NCBI GenBank assembly: GCA_000320545.1
Contig: ADNK01001913.1
Span: forward strand, 18,015 to 82,014
Direction: 5' to 3'
DNA length: 64,000 nucleotides
From: Bigelowiella natans CCMP2755
Lineage: Eukaryota; Protista; Cercozoa
The notes beneath the pieces are model-generated. The model searched no databases. It had not been told where the DNA came from and saw nothing but the letters and a program-made list of their open reading frames with translations. The translations under genes and the position numbers were made by a program. Shown here piece by piece: positions 1 through 15,023 of the stretch (position 1 is its first letter; every line of letters begins with the position of its first letter).

Positions 1-428
1 TATATATATACTAGACGTATATAATATTTTCCGGAATCATCGGTGTGTTTAACGCGTATTTTGGCCGCAGCATTTTACTTGCAAAAAAACGCAAAGAAAC
101 TATCATACTAACGCCTGATACTGAGCCGTCGTTGTTGCTCTGTTACGCCTACAGAGTCTTTGCAAGCCGCCCCCCCTCGAAAGTTAAAGTCGGCCCCAAG
201 TACGCAAAGAGCGCAACGAGCGCCGTTAGGGGGGGGCAGTCGATTCTTCAATAAAACGAAGCAAACGCTGTTAGACAGGGACAAAGAGAGTTTCTTTCAA
301 TATCGGTACCACCTGCTTTTAAAACCTGGAAATGTCTTTGAGAGTATATTCCCACCAGTGTCAATGATTCTTTGTATTCGCTGTGAAGATTTCTCGCATG
401 CTATTAATATGGAAGTTGTAATTCAGAG

Positions 429-499
<71 letters not shown>

Positions 500-539
500 T
501 GTATGATGATATATTTGACCTCGTAAACCATAAACTGTA

Positions 540-2318
540 GCCGTTTAGAGATCTTATAGGCATGCAGTATCATCGCTTCACTTTCCCCACTTCCCTTTCG
601 GCGTGCACGAATCTGTGCGTTCGGAGCGTTTGTGAATAATGAACGGCGTTTATATGATGATGACGATGATGATTATCAGCAAAAGTGTCCATGTTGATGA
701 CGCTCAGTTGTCGCTCCAGCCCGTCCGGTAATCCACGAATCCTCACTTCTAATAGCAATTACAACACAAGTTCGTCGATGACCGTTGCAAGTAACCGTTA
801 TTCACCCGAGCGTATGCGTCCGCATTTAGGGCAAGTTTCGCGACGATATGGCTCGTTCGGTACCATCCACTGTGTGTGCATATATCTCTGTATGCGCGCG
901 CGCGCGCGCTCGTGGCAGTTGCCAAGGAACCCTAAAGACTTCGGATTTGTGCGTTGAACCAGGAATCTGCATCTAGCCCCAGCGGAGACACAGCTCTACC
1001 TGCTGCAGGCCATGGCGAGGCGAATTGTACCTATCCCCCCCCCTCCATTTCGAGATCTCTACTGTTGACCGACTCGGTGCACGCGTCGTCTTGGAGGGAA
1101 CGGCTAGTAGGCCATTCCCGCGTGGCGCGAGCGCATTCTCTCTTTTTACGCACGAAACAGCTGCTGCTTCTCATAGTGGTTATTTTGTGTGGAGTTTCCG
1201 CGCATGGCAAGGAGGGCCAATGGATATTTGCATATATCTACATTTGTGTTTTATGTACGTGCATTACTTGTCGCAGCGCAGCGGTACTTATGTGTGTGGG
1301 GCTGATGGCAATTGTTATCAGATACACGTTGACTCGAGAGCTAGACAGCTTCCAGAATACCATAGGGTAGCCCACTGATTGCGGGCAGTCGGTTGCATGT
1401 TGTGTGGAGATGTGTAGCTTACTTGCCATCTTTGTTTATCAGGTTATCGCTACTCGAAAGCACGGTCGTTTCTTTTGACACTTCCATTCCACTCTCACAC
1501 TCACACACACAATGCATCGTTTGTCAACGAATTCTTGTTATTGATTGCTTAGGCAGCGTAGCATTTACTCGACGAGGCCAAGGTCGTTGCAGTATTAGCT
1601 GGAAATAACAGTTGTTGTTGTTCTTGCAAAATGTCGACGTTCTCACGAAGTCATTATCCGCATACCGGATTAGGCGGGATCCACCTCTCCCTCCTTAACA
1701 ACTTCCTACTCGAAATGCCTGGAGATGTAATCTTCCATGACCTTTCGCTCCTTCTGCACGAGATCGATCTCGTCAACAAGCATCATCACCATCGTTTTCA
1801 TCACCACCGCTCGAAAAAGGCTGCACTGGTATGGAAACTACCCCTTCGTTTATCGATCGTAAAGCACCATCTCCTCTCCCCGGTGTTATCATAAATACTC
1901 CGCTTTTAAGCTCGAATGGAGCTGCCGAAAGCGTGATGTGTCTACTTAAGATCCGTCGTTTGTCTTCCCTCCCTTTCCCCCCCCCCCTCCCCGCGCTGTC
2001 ACAAACCTAATCCCCTCATCTCCGTTATACTGGGAAGGTGGAATGGCACACCGTGGAAGAGCTTCGAGGGTTTCACAAAAATGTCAAGATCAACCTTGAG
2101 CTGCAGGGGTGCGTTCTTTCCTTCTTATGTACGTTTCCTTCGTTGCTCACTGGAAGTCTGTAGGTTCCTGAGGGATATCGTCGCAGCCTTACGACACGAT
2201 TCGAGGGTAGTGTTCAACATGCATTCCCTGAAGAACTGCCTGCACCTTCACGTTTTCTCGATATACCGTTAGGTTCTCATGGGACCGACTCCCCAAGCTC
2301 GCCGTCAATTTGCGGTAG
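540..2318 (+). CDS. Multi-exon hypothetical protein (5' end unresolved)
   Basis: AG/GT-bounded exon-like segments splice in frame at the 3' end: VEWHTVEELRGFHKNVKINLELQG|FLRDIVAALRHDSR|FSWDRLPKLAVNLR* (stop ~2316-2318). No family recognised. Confidence 0.4.
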
Positions 2319-2333
2319 TAATAGCAGCAGTGA

Positions 2334-2365
<32 letters not shown>

Positions 2366-3692
2366 ATTAGCAGTGTTGGTAGGAGAGTTGAGGATGTATA
2401 GTAGGGATTCTAAACAGTGTACGTGCTTGCAATTCGCATGAAATCTTGGCTTAGGATGTGCTGAAGCTTCGTTCGTTGTTGAGCGCTGCGGGTTTTGTGA
2501 GACCGCGGGACTTCGCAAGTGTAGCCTCCCAGACGCTCTCCCACAGTACGGAACACCCCTGGCTCAATTTGAATTTTTTTCTGGGTTTCCTTCGGCTAGT
2601 ATATAGTAGAGAGTGAGGAGAAGTACTTGCGTTTTTCGTGTGTGACAAAGTGCTTATCGACGTTGTGTGTGGAAAATATTAGTAGCGCATGTAGGTGTAA
2701 GTTAGTTGTGCACATATGCAGGGATTAGACCGCGATCAGAGCTCGTCAACGTTAACGAGCTTGTCATCACTCTCGCCAATAAAACGTTGCTGCCTCCGAA
2801 ATGATGAGTATGGATGAGAGGGGGGGGGGCGCTTTAGGGGCGCTTTAGGGGCGATAGGAGTGCTAGAATAGGACAGTTGTAGAGCGGAAGTAGAAGGTAA
2901 ACTTGCAACTTAATGGAGTGTTGTAACATAATATCCTCATAAATTGTAACTGATTGCACAAGAAGCCTGTTGTCGTACACATGTTGCCAACGCGAAGTAA
3001 CTAGTGTCCTATGTGGGTTGCATGTGACGTTGCTGTGATTCGTTGATGGTGGGAAAGGCATCATCTGCTACAGTATGTGTCCACAAAGTAAGCATCGCAT
3101 CGCGCGTGTTTTGTCAACTGCACACACAGCTCATCGTTAGGGTGAGCTGCCATGATAGCATGAATGACACAACAATCTAAGCAATACTAGGATGGTGCAC
3201 GTCTAGAAGAAGTAGTTACTAATTATCCATTGTGGTGTGTCATCCCGCACAAGGCTGCAACGGCCTCTGGACTTGTGCGCGTGCATGCTGTGGATCCATC
3301 CAGCCATTCTAGCATTGCTAAATGATGTTGCGATCGAGGGTCTGCACGCGCATTGACTGTCTAGCTCTAGTAGCTGTGTGCATGTTCCTGCCTAGCTATG
3401 TGTGCACGTATGTGGCGCTGAAATGACGAACGAGCTGCACATTCTGGCATGCTAGCATGCGTGCAGCGTGATGGGCGCGTGTGAAGTTGCATCGCGCGAG
3501 TGAGTCCAGAAGTGCCTGCTGGCCTGGCTAGCTAGACGTCCAGACGTGCACACCTCGATCGACGCTCGAGTCACGAAGTTCCGTGCTAGGTAGCGTGCGA
3601 TTCTCTCACCTCACTTTGTGAAAGAGCGACGCAGCTCGAAGCTCCTCATCCGGGCACCAGAAGCAGTTCCTCCTTCGTGAGTTGTGCGCGCG

Positions 3693-3743
3693 ATGAAACA
3701 ATGAAACAATGAAACAATGAAACAATAAAACAATGAAACAATG
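3693..3743. repeat. 8-bp tandem repeat (ATGAAACA)x~6
   Basis: Directly visible; one copy has a variant (ATAAAACA). Confidence 0.9.
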
Positions 3744-3850
3744 ATGAAGAACTACATTTCCAAATTGTTGCAAGACACTTGCAGTGTGCAAAATGCAGTG
3801 CCTCGAACTGGTTTCAGTGAGGACTGTGACTAGCAAATCAACTAGCTGGT

Positions 3851-4339
3851 TTGATGAAGAGATCCATTGCTTCGATGTTGAGGCGGGATGATGAAAATGT
3901 GCGACAAGGAATTATTTCGGATTTTATCAAAAAATTTCCCGAAAGAAGCTTAGGACGACAAGAGACATTCCCAGCGGATCAGCGGATGTTTTTCCTCCGT
4001 GTTATTTCGGTGCGTCAGACAGAATTTGTTGTCGGCCAAGCTAGTCGGCCTGTGGCACAGCCGAATCTCCCTCAAAAGGGTTTATTGCAGTTACGTCTTG
4101 AATTACCGCTTGTCGCAGGGGGAAAACGATGTCTATTTTCTCCGATAATGAGACCCACACGTGAGCACACTGACCGAAAATGTTCCGTCGTTCTCTCAGT
4201 AGGCTACTCTTCTCCCCCCGGCGCGGATGTTTACGTTTACCCTCTCTCGTTCAACAGAGAATGGGGATTAGCTCAGAAGCATATGCGACGCAAGTGCCAA
4301 AGATGTTTGCGAGGCTGCGGGAAGGACTGGAACCGATGA
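3851..4339 (+). CDS. Hypothetical protein (162-aa ORF, possibly part of a spliced gene extending to ~5.2 kb)
   Basis: Long ORF in non-repetitive sequence; no recognisable motif. Confidence 0.3.
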   Translation: MMKRSIASMLRRDDENVRQGIISDFIKKFPERSLGRQETFPADQRMFFLRVISVRQTEFVVGQASRPVAQPNLPQKGLLQLRLELPLVAGGKRCLFSPIMRPTREHTDRKCSVVLSVGYSSPPGADVYVYPLSFNREWGLAQKHMRRKCQRCLRGCGKDWNR

Positions 4340-6265
4340 AGACATCCAATGATGGCTTCGCCATCGATATCGACGTACACCAAACGACGCTCGAATCTCG
4401 CGCTATCTTATAGCTAGGCACAGTTTTGCGAATAATATCGATCATACTTCGTGGTTTTATATATTTTACATGTTTGACGGTTAGAAAGCGCGTCAGCATC
4501 TAACACGGTGTGTGGCGTTTTGGTTAATTCCTCGTAGGGAGAAGAGAGCATGAGTGTCACCATAGGGTCACCAGGTGCATATCAATTCACGAGCGATGCG
4601 AAGAAAAAGGTAGTTTTTGGGCATCTTGATATGATTACATTGTGTATAAATTATTACGCGCATGCGCGCGCGTGCGCACACACACACACACACACACACT
4701 CACACAACAAGCACACACATATTTTCACTGCCGTTTGTCAGTATTTTTTAACAAACAATAAAAATATTTCCCTTTTCACGTTTACTTGTTTATGTGTGTG
4801 CGCCCATTTGTATTTGCATACGCACCTGCGGCGTGTGTGTGTGTGTGTGCGTGTGTGTGTGGTTTTTCTCATACTGATATACACATCCTGTTCCAATAGC
4901 GACACTTACACCAGCATCTTTATTTTTTCAGGAGCTACAAATGTTCTCACCAATAAGTGCAAACGTGTATTACTACAACTACGACGAATCTAAGCAGGAG
5001 TAATATGAATGGTGGTGTGCGTCGCTATTTATCAATCAATTCGTTTCAGCCCTATTTGCAATCCGATCTGTGGATTTATTTTGTATTGTCTACCACAAGT
5101 GCAAGGATTCGTGCATATCAATTGCAATCTTTTTTGCAGAGTTTTGTGTGTTCAACAAGTTCGAATTCTAAAAGTTGTATTCTGTATGTGTATGCGTACA
5201 CATTGGTTAGGTGGGTGAATGTGAACGACGGGCATTATTTGGTTGAGTTGCTTACGCGAGAGCTGCTTACTTCATGTTCTGGCCTCCCTGAATTTTAGAG
5301 TCACAGCACGGAGCTTACTGGCGGATGCGATTTTAACTTACATAACACTTCATCATTTCATTATGATGTTGCGTACACTGGCCTTAGCGAGTCTCGGGAA
5401 GCATAGCATTTGTCAACCGAATGTGCCTCAACTGCATGTGAGCCAATTACACGCAACAGCGTGAGGAACAACTTAGAAACGCTGCTCACATGCAGTGCAT
5501 AATGATATCCAATTGCATTCATAAGTTCATCACACATCTATGACTAGATGTAGACTAAATGTTGGCACAATAACGGCCACGTGCATCGCGTGCACAACTC
5601 TAGTGTATGTGCTCTTGTGTAAACGCGTGCATTTGAAGGGTAAGCATGATTTCACCGTCATTTTATTTACTACTGATACATGTCTAGACGTATGTCGTAA
5701 TGCTTTAGTAGACTACGAACACTAGCTAGGTGCGGGTAGATGAATGTTACGAGGATCATAACATCTGCATTGGTGCACGCAACACTAGGCGACTGAATGA
5801 ATGATCAGTGCAGCATGTTCTAAATGCCATGCTTTGCTTGTAAGTCTTCAAATACAACTTGCTTGAACTTAACAACAATTAGAATACGAACATAGGGTGC
5901 CAACGCTTTATGTGCGTGCGCTAGTGCAATGCTAATCAGCTTAAATGAAAGCATAGAAGTAGTATATAGTGCGGGTAATCGACTCCTCCACAACGTTGTG
6001 TCAAGAACATGATACATACCTTAGATCTAAGGTGAGAAATCCTCTCAAATGCATAATTTGACTGGTAAATGAAGCTTTGGTGATTCATGTACAATTCATA
6101 CGATGACTGCTGATAACGCTCATATTTCATTGTCGACTATAAAAGCAAGCGCGCTTGCCTAATTCTATTTGCACTCGGCATCAACCGATCATGACAGGTT
6201 AATAACAAATTCGAATCAAACCCATCCTCATCGGCACCGCCACAGGTTTTAACTTACAAGTAAAT

Positions 6266-6582
6266 TCACCAAAACTTGTGCTTTCCAGCGGGCTTATCGC
6301 CCCTTTTCTTCGGCTTCTTATTATTGCTACCACTATCACTGGATTGGGCTTTAGAGCCTCTCCCGCATCCACGCCCTCTCGCGCCACCCCGCCTTCCTTT
6401 TGGGCGCTGCTTTTCTGAAACCTCAGAGGAATCTTCGCCATCGGTAGAAGATGATGCAACCGATGCAGGGTTGTCATTCGTTTCCACGACTTTTTTAACG
6501 GATCTCCGCCGGCGGGGCGGAGGCTGCAGTAGCATCGATTGTCGTTGTCATTGCACATTGTTTTCAAAGAAACATGGACCAT

Positions 6583-6623
<41 letters not shown>

Positions 6624-6629
6624 GAGAAC

Positions 6630-6679
<50 letters not shown>

Positions 6680-7790
6680 TCTCTCGGTGACACTGATTTC
6701 CATTGTTAATTTTTCTCAGAAAAACTGTGGTGCCGTATCTACCTCTGTCCCTTCTTTCTGCCTTCCGACTATCAAGTCAAAGTTCTTTATCGATCTAGCA
6801 GCAGCAAAGTATCCAAAACGACTTAAATAAGGCACGGGGTCAAAGTGGATTCGCTTGTTGGAAACGGTCAGGTGGAGGGGGACGGGGGGAAAGCTCCTAT
6901 CTAGTACACGTTAGGATGTTTATATGTCTCTAGATTTGGTATATATCACCCAGTAACGCTATCGATTCCTTCGAGATGGGGAGAATGTCCGCTGCCCTGA
7001 GATCAACGAACATTAGCTGCGCCCTCTCTCACTGTGCGCACAACAGCGTGTGCACACGTGCGAGCACACACGTGCACTCACATCTATACGTTTCTAGACA
7101 GGCTCATTCTCTCGTATATCGATTCTAATCTGTGTTGTGTTTGCCCTTCGGCGAGCCCCTTGGCGGGGTGCTGCTTGGTAGCAGCGCACCTGTGCTATCG
7201 AGATTTGAACGAGGCCGTCAACCGCCTCTGAGTTGCCAGCATTTCGGAGCCCCTTGAAGATAAACCAGTCAGCGGAGCAGCCAACCATGCCGAGAGACGC
7301 ACCCACAGCAGTTGGCACACAAAAAAACGAATAATGCGTGCGCGTTAAGAAAGCATTCTTGAAGTTAAAGTCCCCCCCGCACACGTACGTGTTAAAAACT
7401 CGGGCTCGGTTATACATGCGGCCGAGAATGATAACCACTACACGCGACACACACACACACACACAGACAGACACACACCACTATGGGAAGAAAGAAATTT
7501 CACTGACATGCACCATACGCATACGGCAATGCTTGTGCTCCTTCCACAACAGAACTTACACGGAAAGAGAATCATATGGATACACGCACAATGAGCGCCC
7601 TCTCACCGATCTAATTGTCCTCCTCATAGCACGGGCAAGATTCACGAATTTCCTTCGATGAAGGTTTAGGATCAATCACAGATGCACAAACAAACAAGCG
7701 AGCGCGTGCGGGTGGCATGAATGAGCTTCGTCCTCTCCTCTAATCTCTCTTCTCGCTCTCTAAATCCCAACATCTTCTTTCTAAACAGTG

Positions 7791-7832
<42 letters not shown>

Positions 7833-8535
7833 GTACATATATCCGTAGATTTACATATGAATTTTATCTCTTTATGTGTTGTTCTAGCATACTTCCAACA
7901 CACACGCACATACGCGTCACTGCGTGCTCACCGATCTTCCGACCCTACGACAAAAAGCATCTGCTTCTGGGACAGCTTCAAGTCGCTCCAAAGAGAAGGC
8001 ATGCGGCCAACAGTACCATACTCTAACGCCTATTGCGCAAGATGCCGAATTCATCATTTCTTCTACACACCCGTAGTATACAGGCCATAACGAAGAAGTG
8101 GCGCGGTCTTATAACTTGTATAACTACCTGTGCTAGTTGTTCCGCGTCTCCTGTATTCTTTCTCCTTTCAAGAATCTTCCAGAGATAACAAAGGGCAGTG
8201 ATAATTAGCATGAACCCGTGTTCAGCTGCTGGCCTAAAACAGCTTTGCAAAAAGAGAGCTTGCATTCTCGCCAAAAACCAGTAATCGCGCCGCGCACATA
8301 TGCACACATGCACGTGAATGGCATAGAGCCAAGGGAAAGTTATGGTGCGAGAAGCAAAGCGTTTTTGAGCTGTTTCGCACGCGAAGGAAAACATCGGATT
8401 CGAATCTGACCTCTGGAAATGCCTCCTGCTCCTTTAACTTCTCAAACATCGGTTGCGAATACCTACATAATACCGTGCTCAGTGATTCCTCTTTTTAATA
8501 TATCGTAAATAAGACAATAGACACATGTAAATACG

Positions 8536-8582
<47 letters not shown>

Positions 8583-8915
8583 TTTGCAGGTGGAAAAGCA
8601 TTTCACTTATCCCCGCACTCTCCCACACTCCTTCTCATTGAAACGGCTTCTGCAAATGCGTTCGTGCGATGGTGTGATATGTGTGCAGATGTAATTGTGA
8701 TATTGTCTCATATGCTTTGAGCTGTTGTGCGTGTTGATATAACGACATTCGTTACCAGAAATCAAGGAATCGTGAGAGCCCCTTCTCTCTCAAATCACGA
8801 GCGAGTAGCTTTAATCATAAATGTGCACATTAGTCGGGGTAATTTTATCTCAAATTAGCGATTCTAAGACACCTTATTGTTACGTACACGCAAACACAAA
8901 AAACCTCATTCTTCC

Positions 8916-8956
<41 letters not shown>

Positions 8957-9556
8957 CTTTCACACACACAACATAAATACATGTTATGGTCCTTCAAATC
9001 TCACAGAAAAGCAGCCGAACATGACCTCATCCTTCAGTCTTCTCTCGTCTCTTTCTGCTCGATTTTCGATGCCAGCGCTGCCAGAGATTACAACCAACTA
9101 GAGGATACAAAGGAGCGAAATAGAAGCATGTTTACTAAAATTCAATTCATCTTGGGGGGGGGGGAGAGGAATGCAGAACACTTTCCCCTGCGAAATGGTG
9201 CTGCGATACCTGTCCAATAGAGTCAGGAACTCGCAAGGCCATATACATGGCAATACGCCCCCCCATGCTGACGGTCCGAGAAACAGGAAGAGGAAGGAAG
9301 GGGGGGGGGGGGGGAGCGGAAGGACACATATGAGATGAGAATAGATCTTCTTATCCTAACGCTTCGATTTATAAAGCAGTTTAGGATACGAGATGTGTTA
9401 GCTTTTCACTGGGAAGATGGGCAAGATATTGCACCGAAAAGTACCTATATCCGATGAGCGTGTTCTCACTCCATCCCTGTTGCTTCATTAGAGCTGCCAA
9501 AGCCTTTATAACAAACCAAATGTTTTGAGAGAAAAAAAGAATGTATATATGTATCA

Positions 9557-9593
<37 letters not shown>

Positions 9594-9607
9594 ATTATAC
9601 AGAAGTT

Positions 9608-9684
<77 letters not shown>

Positions 9685-9853
9685 TATATTCCATTTATTT
9701 ATGTACTGCGTTTGTCGCACGCGGCCATCATAAGTTCGGCCAAAGGGAAAAGTTTTGATTTTCGATTAGTACCGCAGCCATGTTCCCTATCGTGAGTCCT
9801 CTTGACTCAGACACCCTGGACCTTGGTATTTCAATCAGTTGATATGTATTAAT

Positions 9854-9885
<32 letters not shown>

Positions 9886-10499
9886 ACATATCTCGAACAG
9901 ATATATGAGGGAATACCGTGCTCACAGAATACAATAGAGCGGTGTGAGAGAGAAAATGACATTAAGAGAATAGGAGATATCAGAGAGAATGAAAGCAAGG
10001 GAGGAATACAGAGAGAGAAAAAAGAACGAGAGAGAGAGAGATAGAGAGAGGGGGGGAGAGAGAGGGGGGGAGAGAAAGAGCCACTACTTTCCGTGATTTG
10101 GAAGACTGATAGACACACACTCAAACTGATATAGCCCGCTCTAAGATAACCACCAACATCAAGTATGTTCTTTTGGAACAAAGTAATAAAATAACAACTT
10201 AAAAAAAGAAGCAAATTCTAACATTAAAAGCACACTATGAACCCAGCTTTTTCAGCTTCCCATAGTGTGCACCTGCATTTATCCCCACTACATCGCTCAA
10301 GAAAATAACAGGTCAAAAGGCGAATAAAAGCCTTTACAATCTAGTCGGTAAGAGCGCAAATGCTCCGTAACTTATATCAGAATGTATAAAAGAAGAAGGG
10401 CACGCGTAAAACTACATTTTTTCGTCTTTCGGCCCAATCACGCCATCTGCGAGCTCGCTCTGCTTCCGCCTCCTTCAATGACATAAACAATACATTTGT

Positions 10500-10535
<36 letters not shown>

Positions 10536-10854
10536 GATATTGCATAGCGACACTCATCACTATTCCCTGCACGCGGTACACTACGCTTTGCGCCCCTTGG
10601 ACGATGAGCTCCTCATCAACAAAACTGAGCAATTTCTGGCAGCATTTTGAAATGCGTCCATCTTGTGTGATTTGATCGTACCAGTGTAGTTTCGATGTCG
10701 GACGTGGCCGTCACAGGGGGGGGGTCGGAGTCCCCTGAAGGAGGCACCTAAGAGCATACAAAAGCATACAAAAACCACGCAAATCAACCCATGGAGGAAT
10801 GCAGTCCTTAATTAACAATCAGCACCTATAACTCACGTTTTATGTAAATTACGT

Positions 10855-10916
<62 letters not shown>

Positions 10917-11512
10917 TACCGCTTTAGAGGAAAGTGAGTGCATAACTTGTGCCCAGTCTTCGTTATCTCCGAGGAAGCCATGGAGAAACACCAGCGTCCG
11001 CAGCGTCGAGTTCTTGCAAATCACACGAAAGGGAGGGGGGGGGGGGGAGGAGAAAGAGAAAAAGGAGGCGGAAGAGATGGCAGTTGCGTATTGTAATGTC
11101 GGAAGTGCAAATCCTCCTCATTTTTCAGACAGCCTTTGTTAGCGTTTATGTGAATATGGACTTCGTTCTCTGTATGCGTGCTTACAGTAGGCAGGATAGA
11201 GCTATTGTGTACCTTCACGCGCCGCTCGGGCCTTGTCCTTAACACATGGAAGCTATAGCTGTATCGGTTGTAATTTGGGAATGAGCAGCGTGCAAAGTAG
11301 TTTTTCCATCTATAAGGAGTAAGTATAGCAGAGGAAGGCGTCGCTGGCTAGTCTCCGCCGTGGCCACAGCTGTTGGATGTGTTATGCAGAGGGAAGGGAC
11401 GTGGTGGGTGATACCTGCCCGTTTTTGTGTCCACTTCAAATGTATCCTCGCTCTTAACAACCTGGCCAAGCCAGCGAGAGGATGATTTGCATATATATCA
11501 TAAATACATAAT

Positions 11513-11558
<46 letters not shown>

Positions 11559-11835
11559 TATGAATCATACACATATGTTTATATGTACGTGTAACTTGTT
11601 GTATATGTGCTATTGTGCGAACACGAGTGTTAGTGCTAAAAACGGCTGCTATACAACAAATTTCTGTGATTGTCAAATCCGCACCCCCGTTTGAATGGCC
11701 ACGTCGCCGTCATTGTCTTCTTCCCAGGGCTAGGAATTATTTAAACATATATTTCGCGTGGTGAGGATATCTTGGATGACGATAAAGCTATTTTCTCCGC
11801 CTACACAAGGGCCACGTTACGATAGCATACGACGA

Positions 11836-11876
<41 letters not shown>

Positions 11877-12299
11877 TATTTATATAAATTAATATGTAAA
11901 GACTCACTAATTTAGCTTGCTGCGGCTGTGTCGCATCCTTCTCATCTGGTACATCCGCAGCGCCGTTGGCCTTATGCTCTTCGCTTGCTTGCCAGAGACG
12001 ATAGTAAGCTAGCGGCTGTTGGAAGACCTTTCAAAGCATTTGTGAGTGAGAAGACTTCCAAAAGTGCCTTAGGAAAACATGCACACGCGCATCCGTTTAA
12101 GGGAGGGGGGGATGCTGCTGCTGTAACCTCTTTAATAGCGAATCCAATGCCAGCAGCGGTTTCGTCCTCTGCGCCCTCCGAGGCAAGGGCGTCTTGTGAG
12201 GCGGTGTTCTTTGCGGCCATCATCCAATGGAGCAGGGGACAGCTGGAATCTGCGATTGATGTGATAGAAAGAAGGCGTATTTATGATATCTAAAATATG

Positions 12300-12366
<67 letters not shown>

Positions 12367-13395
12367 TTGTATTTGACTGCACTTCGATCATTTATGCTTT
12401 ACAGCGAAGCAACCAACCTGGATCTATAGCCTTCAAGATCGCATGGGGAGACTGCAGTAAAGCATAGCACAACCAGCACACGATGTTGTGACCTCTATAG
12501 ATTGAAAAATGAGCAAGGGCATGAGTCGAACCTGCACAACTTCATCTGTTCCATTTGGGTGAAGATGATATCTAAGGCGCATTCCCCGTCCTTCTTCCTC
12601 GCCCCCCCCCGTCCCCTCCCCACCCTCTAGCCGAGCATCGTCTCCGTCTCTTGCTTTGAAGATGAGGTCCAAAACCTCGTAGGGTTCCTCCGCCTTTTCC
12701 AATAGATCACAGTTTCAGATACACAACGACAACGCACAAACATCCTTATGGAGTGGAAGGGAGGGAAAGTAAGCGAGAGAGAGAGAGAGAGAGAGGGAGA
12801 AGCATAAATATCCGTCGAGGCGCTGATTAAACCGCGAAGGGGAACTCTCACTCTGACAAGCACACGCGCAAGCGGTCAATGATTCATTCTACGACGAAGT
12901 AGCTGCTTACTGGGGCAGGAGCGACCGCCACTGTGCGTATACTCCGGAGAGCTGCAAGAACGCTTGGATCTCTCTCGCACGATTCCTCTATGGTTGAATG
13001 CGCTTCTAACGCTCGGCTCCTATATAATTCACCAAAAAATCAAAAACATAACTAAAATTAAAGAACCTCCTCTAGCTTGGAATTTAGTTACAATCATGCA
13101 ACTCGACGTAACTACCAGAACCGATCATCAACTTCCTTGATAATGCCCTCTCGTTTATCGTATTCCGTACCAAAACGCGCGTCGAATTCTCTGTTCATTG
13201 ACCAATAGGAAGAAAAGGGGGGGGTGGGGATGGGGGAATGGTAAAAAAAACGTCGTGAAATAACAATCACATCAAGAAACGGTACGATTCTGATAACATC
13301 CAAATATATATATTACATATTTACCAATGACTTTGTATCAAACTTATAAAACCACTGACTTTCCGCTAGTTAATAAGGACGAAAGCGAAGCTATG

Positions 13396-13432
<37 letters not shown>

Positions 13433-13642
13433 TGTGTGTGTGAAAACATGATTGCACCGATTGATCGAGATAATTTGGTTCTCAAAGCCGTCCTGGAGAT
13501 CTGACAGCGCGTCTTGCAAGCCCATGACTTTGTCCATAGCTTCCATTGCTGGATCTTAGTATACCACCGCATTTATTGTCAATGTGTGTGCGTGTAGACG
13601 CCCTCTTACACACGCGCACAGTTGTGTATGCGTCGCATGTAT

Positions 13643-13679
<37 letters not shown>

Positions 13680-14146
13680 CTGTGTGTGTGTGTGTGTGTG
13701 TGTGGTAGAGTCGGCAGTGCTATGCAACTTCTACTTCGTCGCCGCGTGATGGCTTAGAATAATACCTTGCTCCTTGCCATCAACCGCAGAGCTACCCCTT
13801 CGTGCTACATCGTCTGTTTCTATGAAAGGAATGAAGTTCCCTTCTGCGTCTATATACCTGAGGCAGTATTGTATTTAGCCCTTAAACCCTATACGATTGC
13901 CTTGCGTATATTTGATCGGGGGGGTAGGGGGGGGGGAGAAGGAGGGGCTATGCGTAGAACGAAGGGAATAGTGCAAAGGTTGAGTGTTGTGAGAGCAAAG
14001 CGCACCCTCCATCGGCAAAGACAGAGTTCCCATAGGCGTCCACGTAGTTTCCTTCCTCATCCATGTAAACGCCGTCATCTCGATCATCATCTGCAATAAT
14101 GAGGCAGTCTGTTTCAAGGCAAATGCTAGGGAGCAGAGGGAAGGTT

Positions 14147-14196
<50 letters not shown>

Positions 14197-14766
14197 AAGA
14201 TTAAGAAGTCAATGATCCTTCACAGCAGGAGTTGATGAGCTTGTAAGGGTTTTGCTTTGGCCATTCTGACACAGGGGCAATCGGACACGACTAAATGCGC
14301 CAAGAACTCTGTCACAGTGGTTGCTGCAGCATGCAGCATGCAATCATCCATTCATCCGAGGCCATTACCTATCCTTAGCTCCTCTGTCTCGTCGTCAAAT
14401 ATCTCGGCGTCTTCTGAAATCAGCTCTCCTTCTAAGGCAGCCCTCGCAGCATTCTCTCCTTCCCCTGGCTCCCCCTCCCTCACAGAAGATAATTTAGGAG
14501 AGGAGGAGAAGGAGGAGGAGGAGGGGGAGGAGGAGGAGGATGGGGCAGCAGAGGCAACGTTGGCGGCGGAGTGTGTGTTGGCCTCGTCATCATCGTCGAG
14601 TATGCTTTCCACAACTGTTTCGATATTCAATTGGCTCAGCGTAGACGGCGCCTAAAGTTGTAGAGATGTCCACGAGAAAGATGAGAGGCGTGTAGGCCTC
14701 CGACACAAGACACGGCGTTCAAAGCACACACGTACATAGAGAGGGTAGAGAGACAGACAGACACAC

Positions 14767-14809
<43 letters not shown>

Positions 14810-14942
14810 AAGGGAGTCTTTTAGACTCGTTGATATGACCTCTTCCGTGTAAAATGCTAGCGGATCTTCGTACAGCTCTTCCACTAGCACCCCAAGGTGG
14901 TAGGGAAAACGATTCTTTTCGTAGAGAGCAGAAGATATGTTA

Positions 14943-15023
<81 letters not shown>

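Noticed and set aside
433-498. ORFs with YIYIYI / CVCVCV / LSLSLS / ERERER runs throughout the window
   Set aside because: They are translations of intronic (TA)n, (TG)n and (GA)n microsatellites, not proteins.
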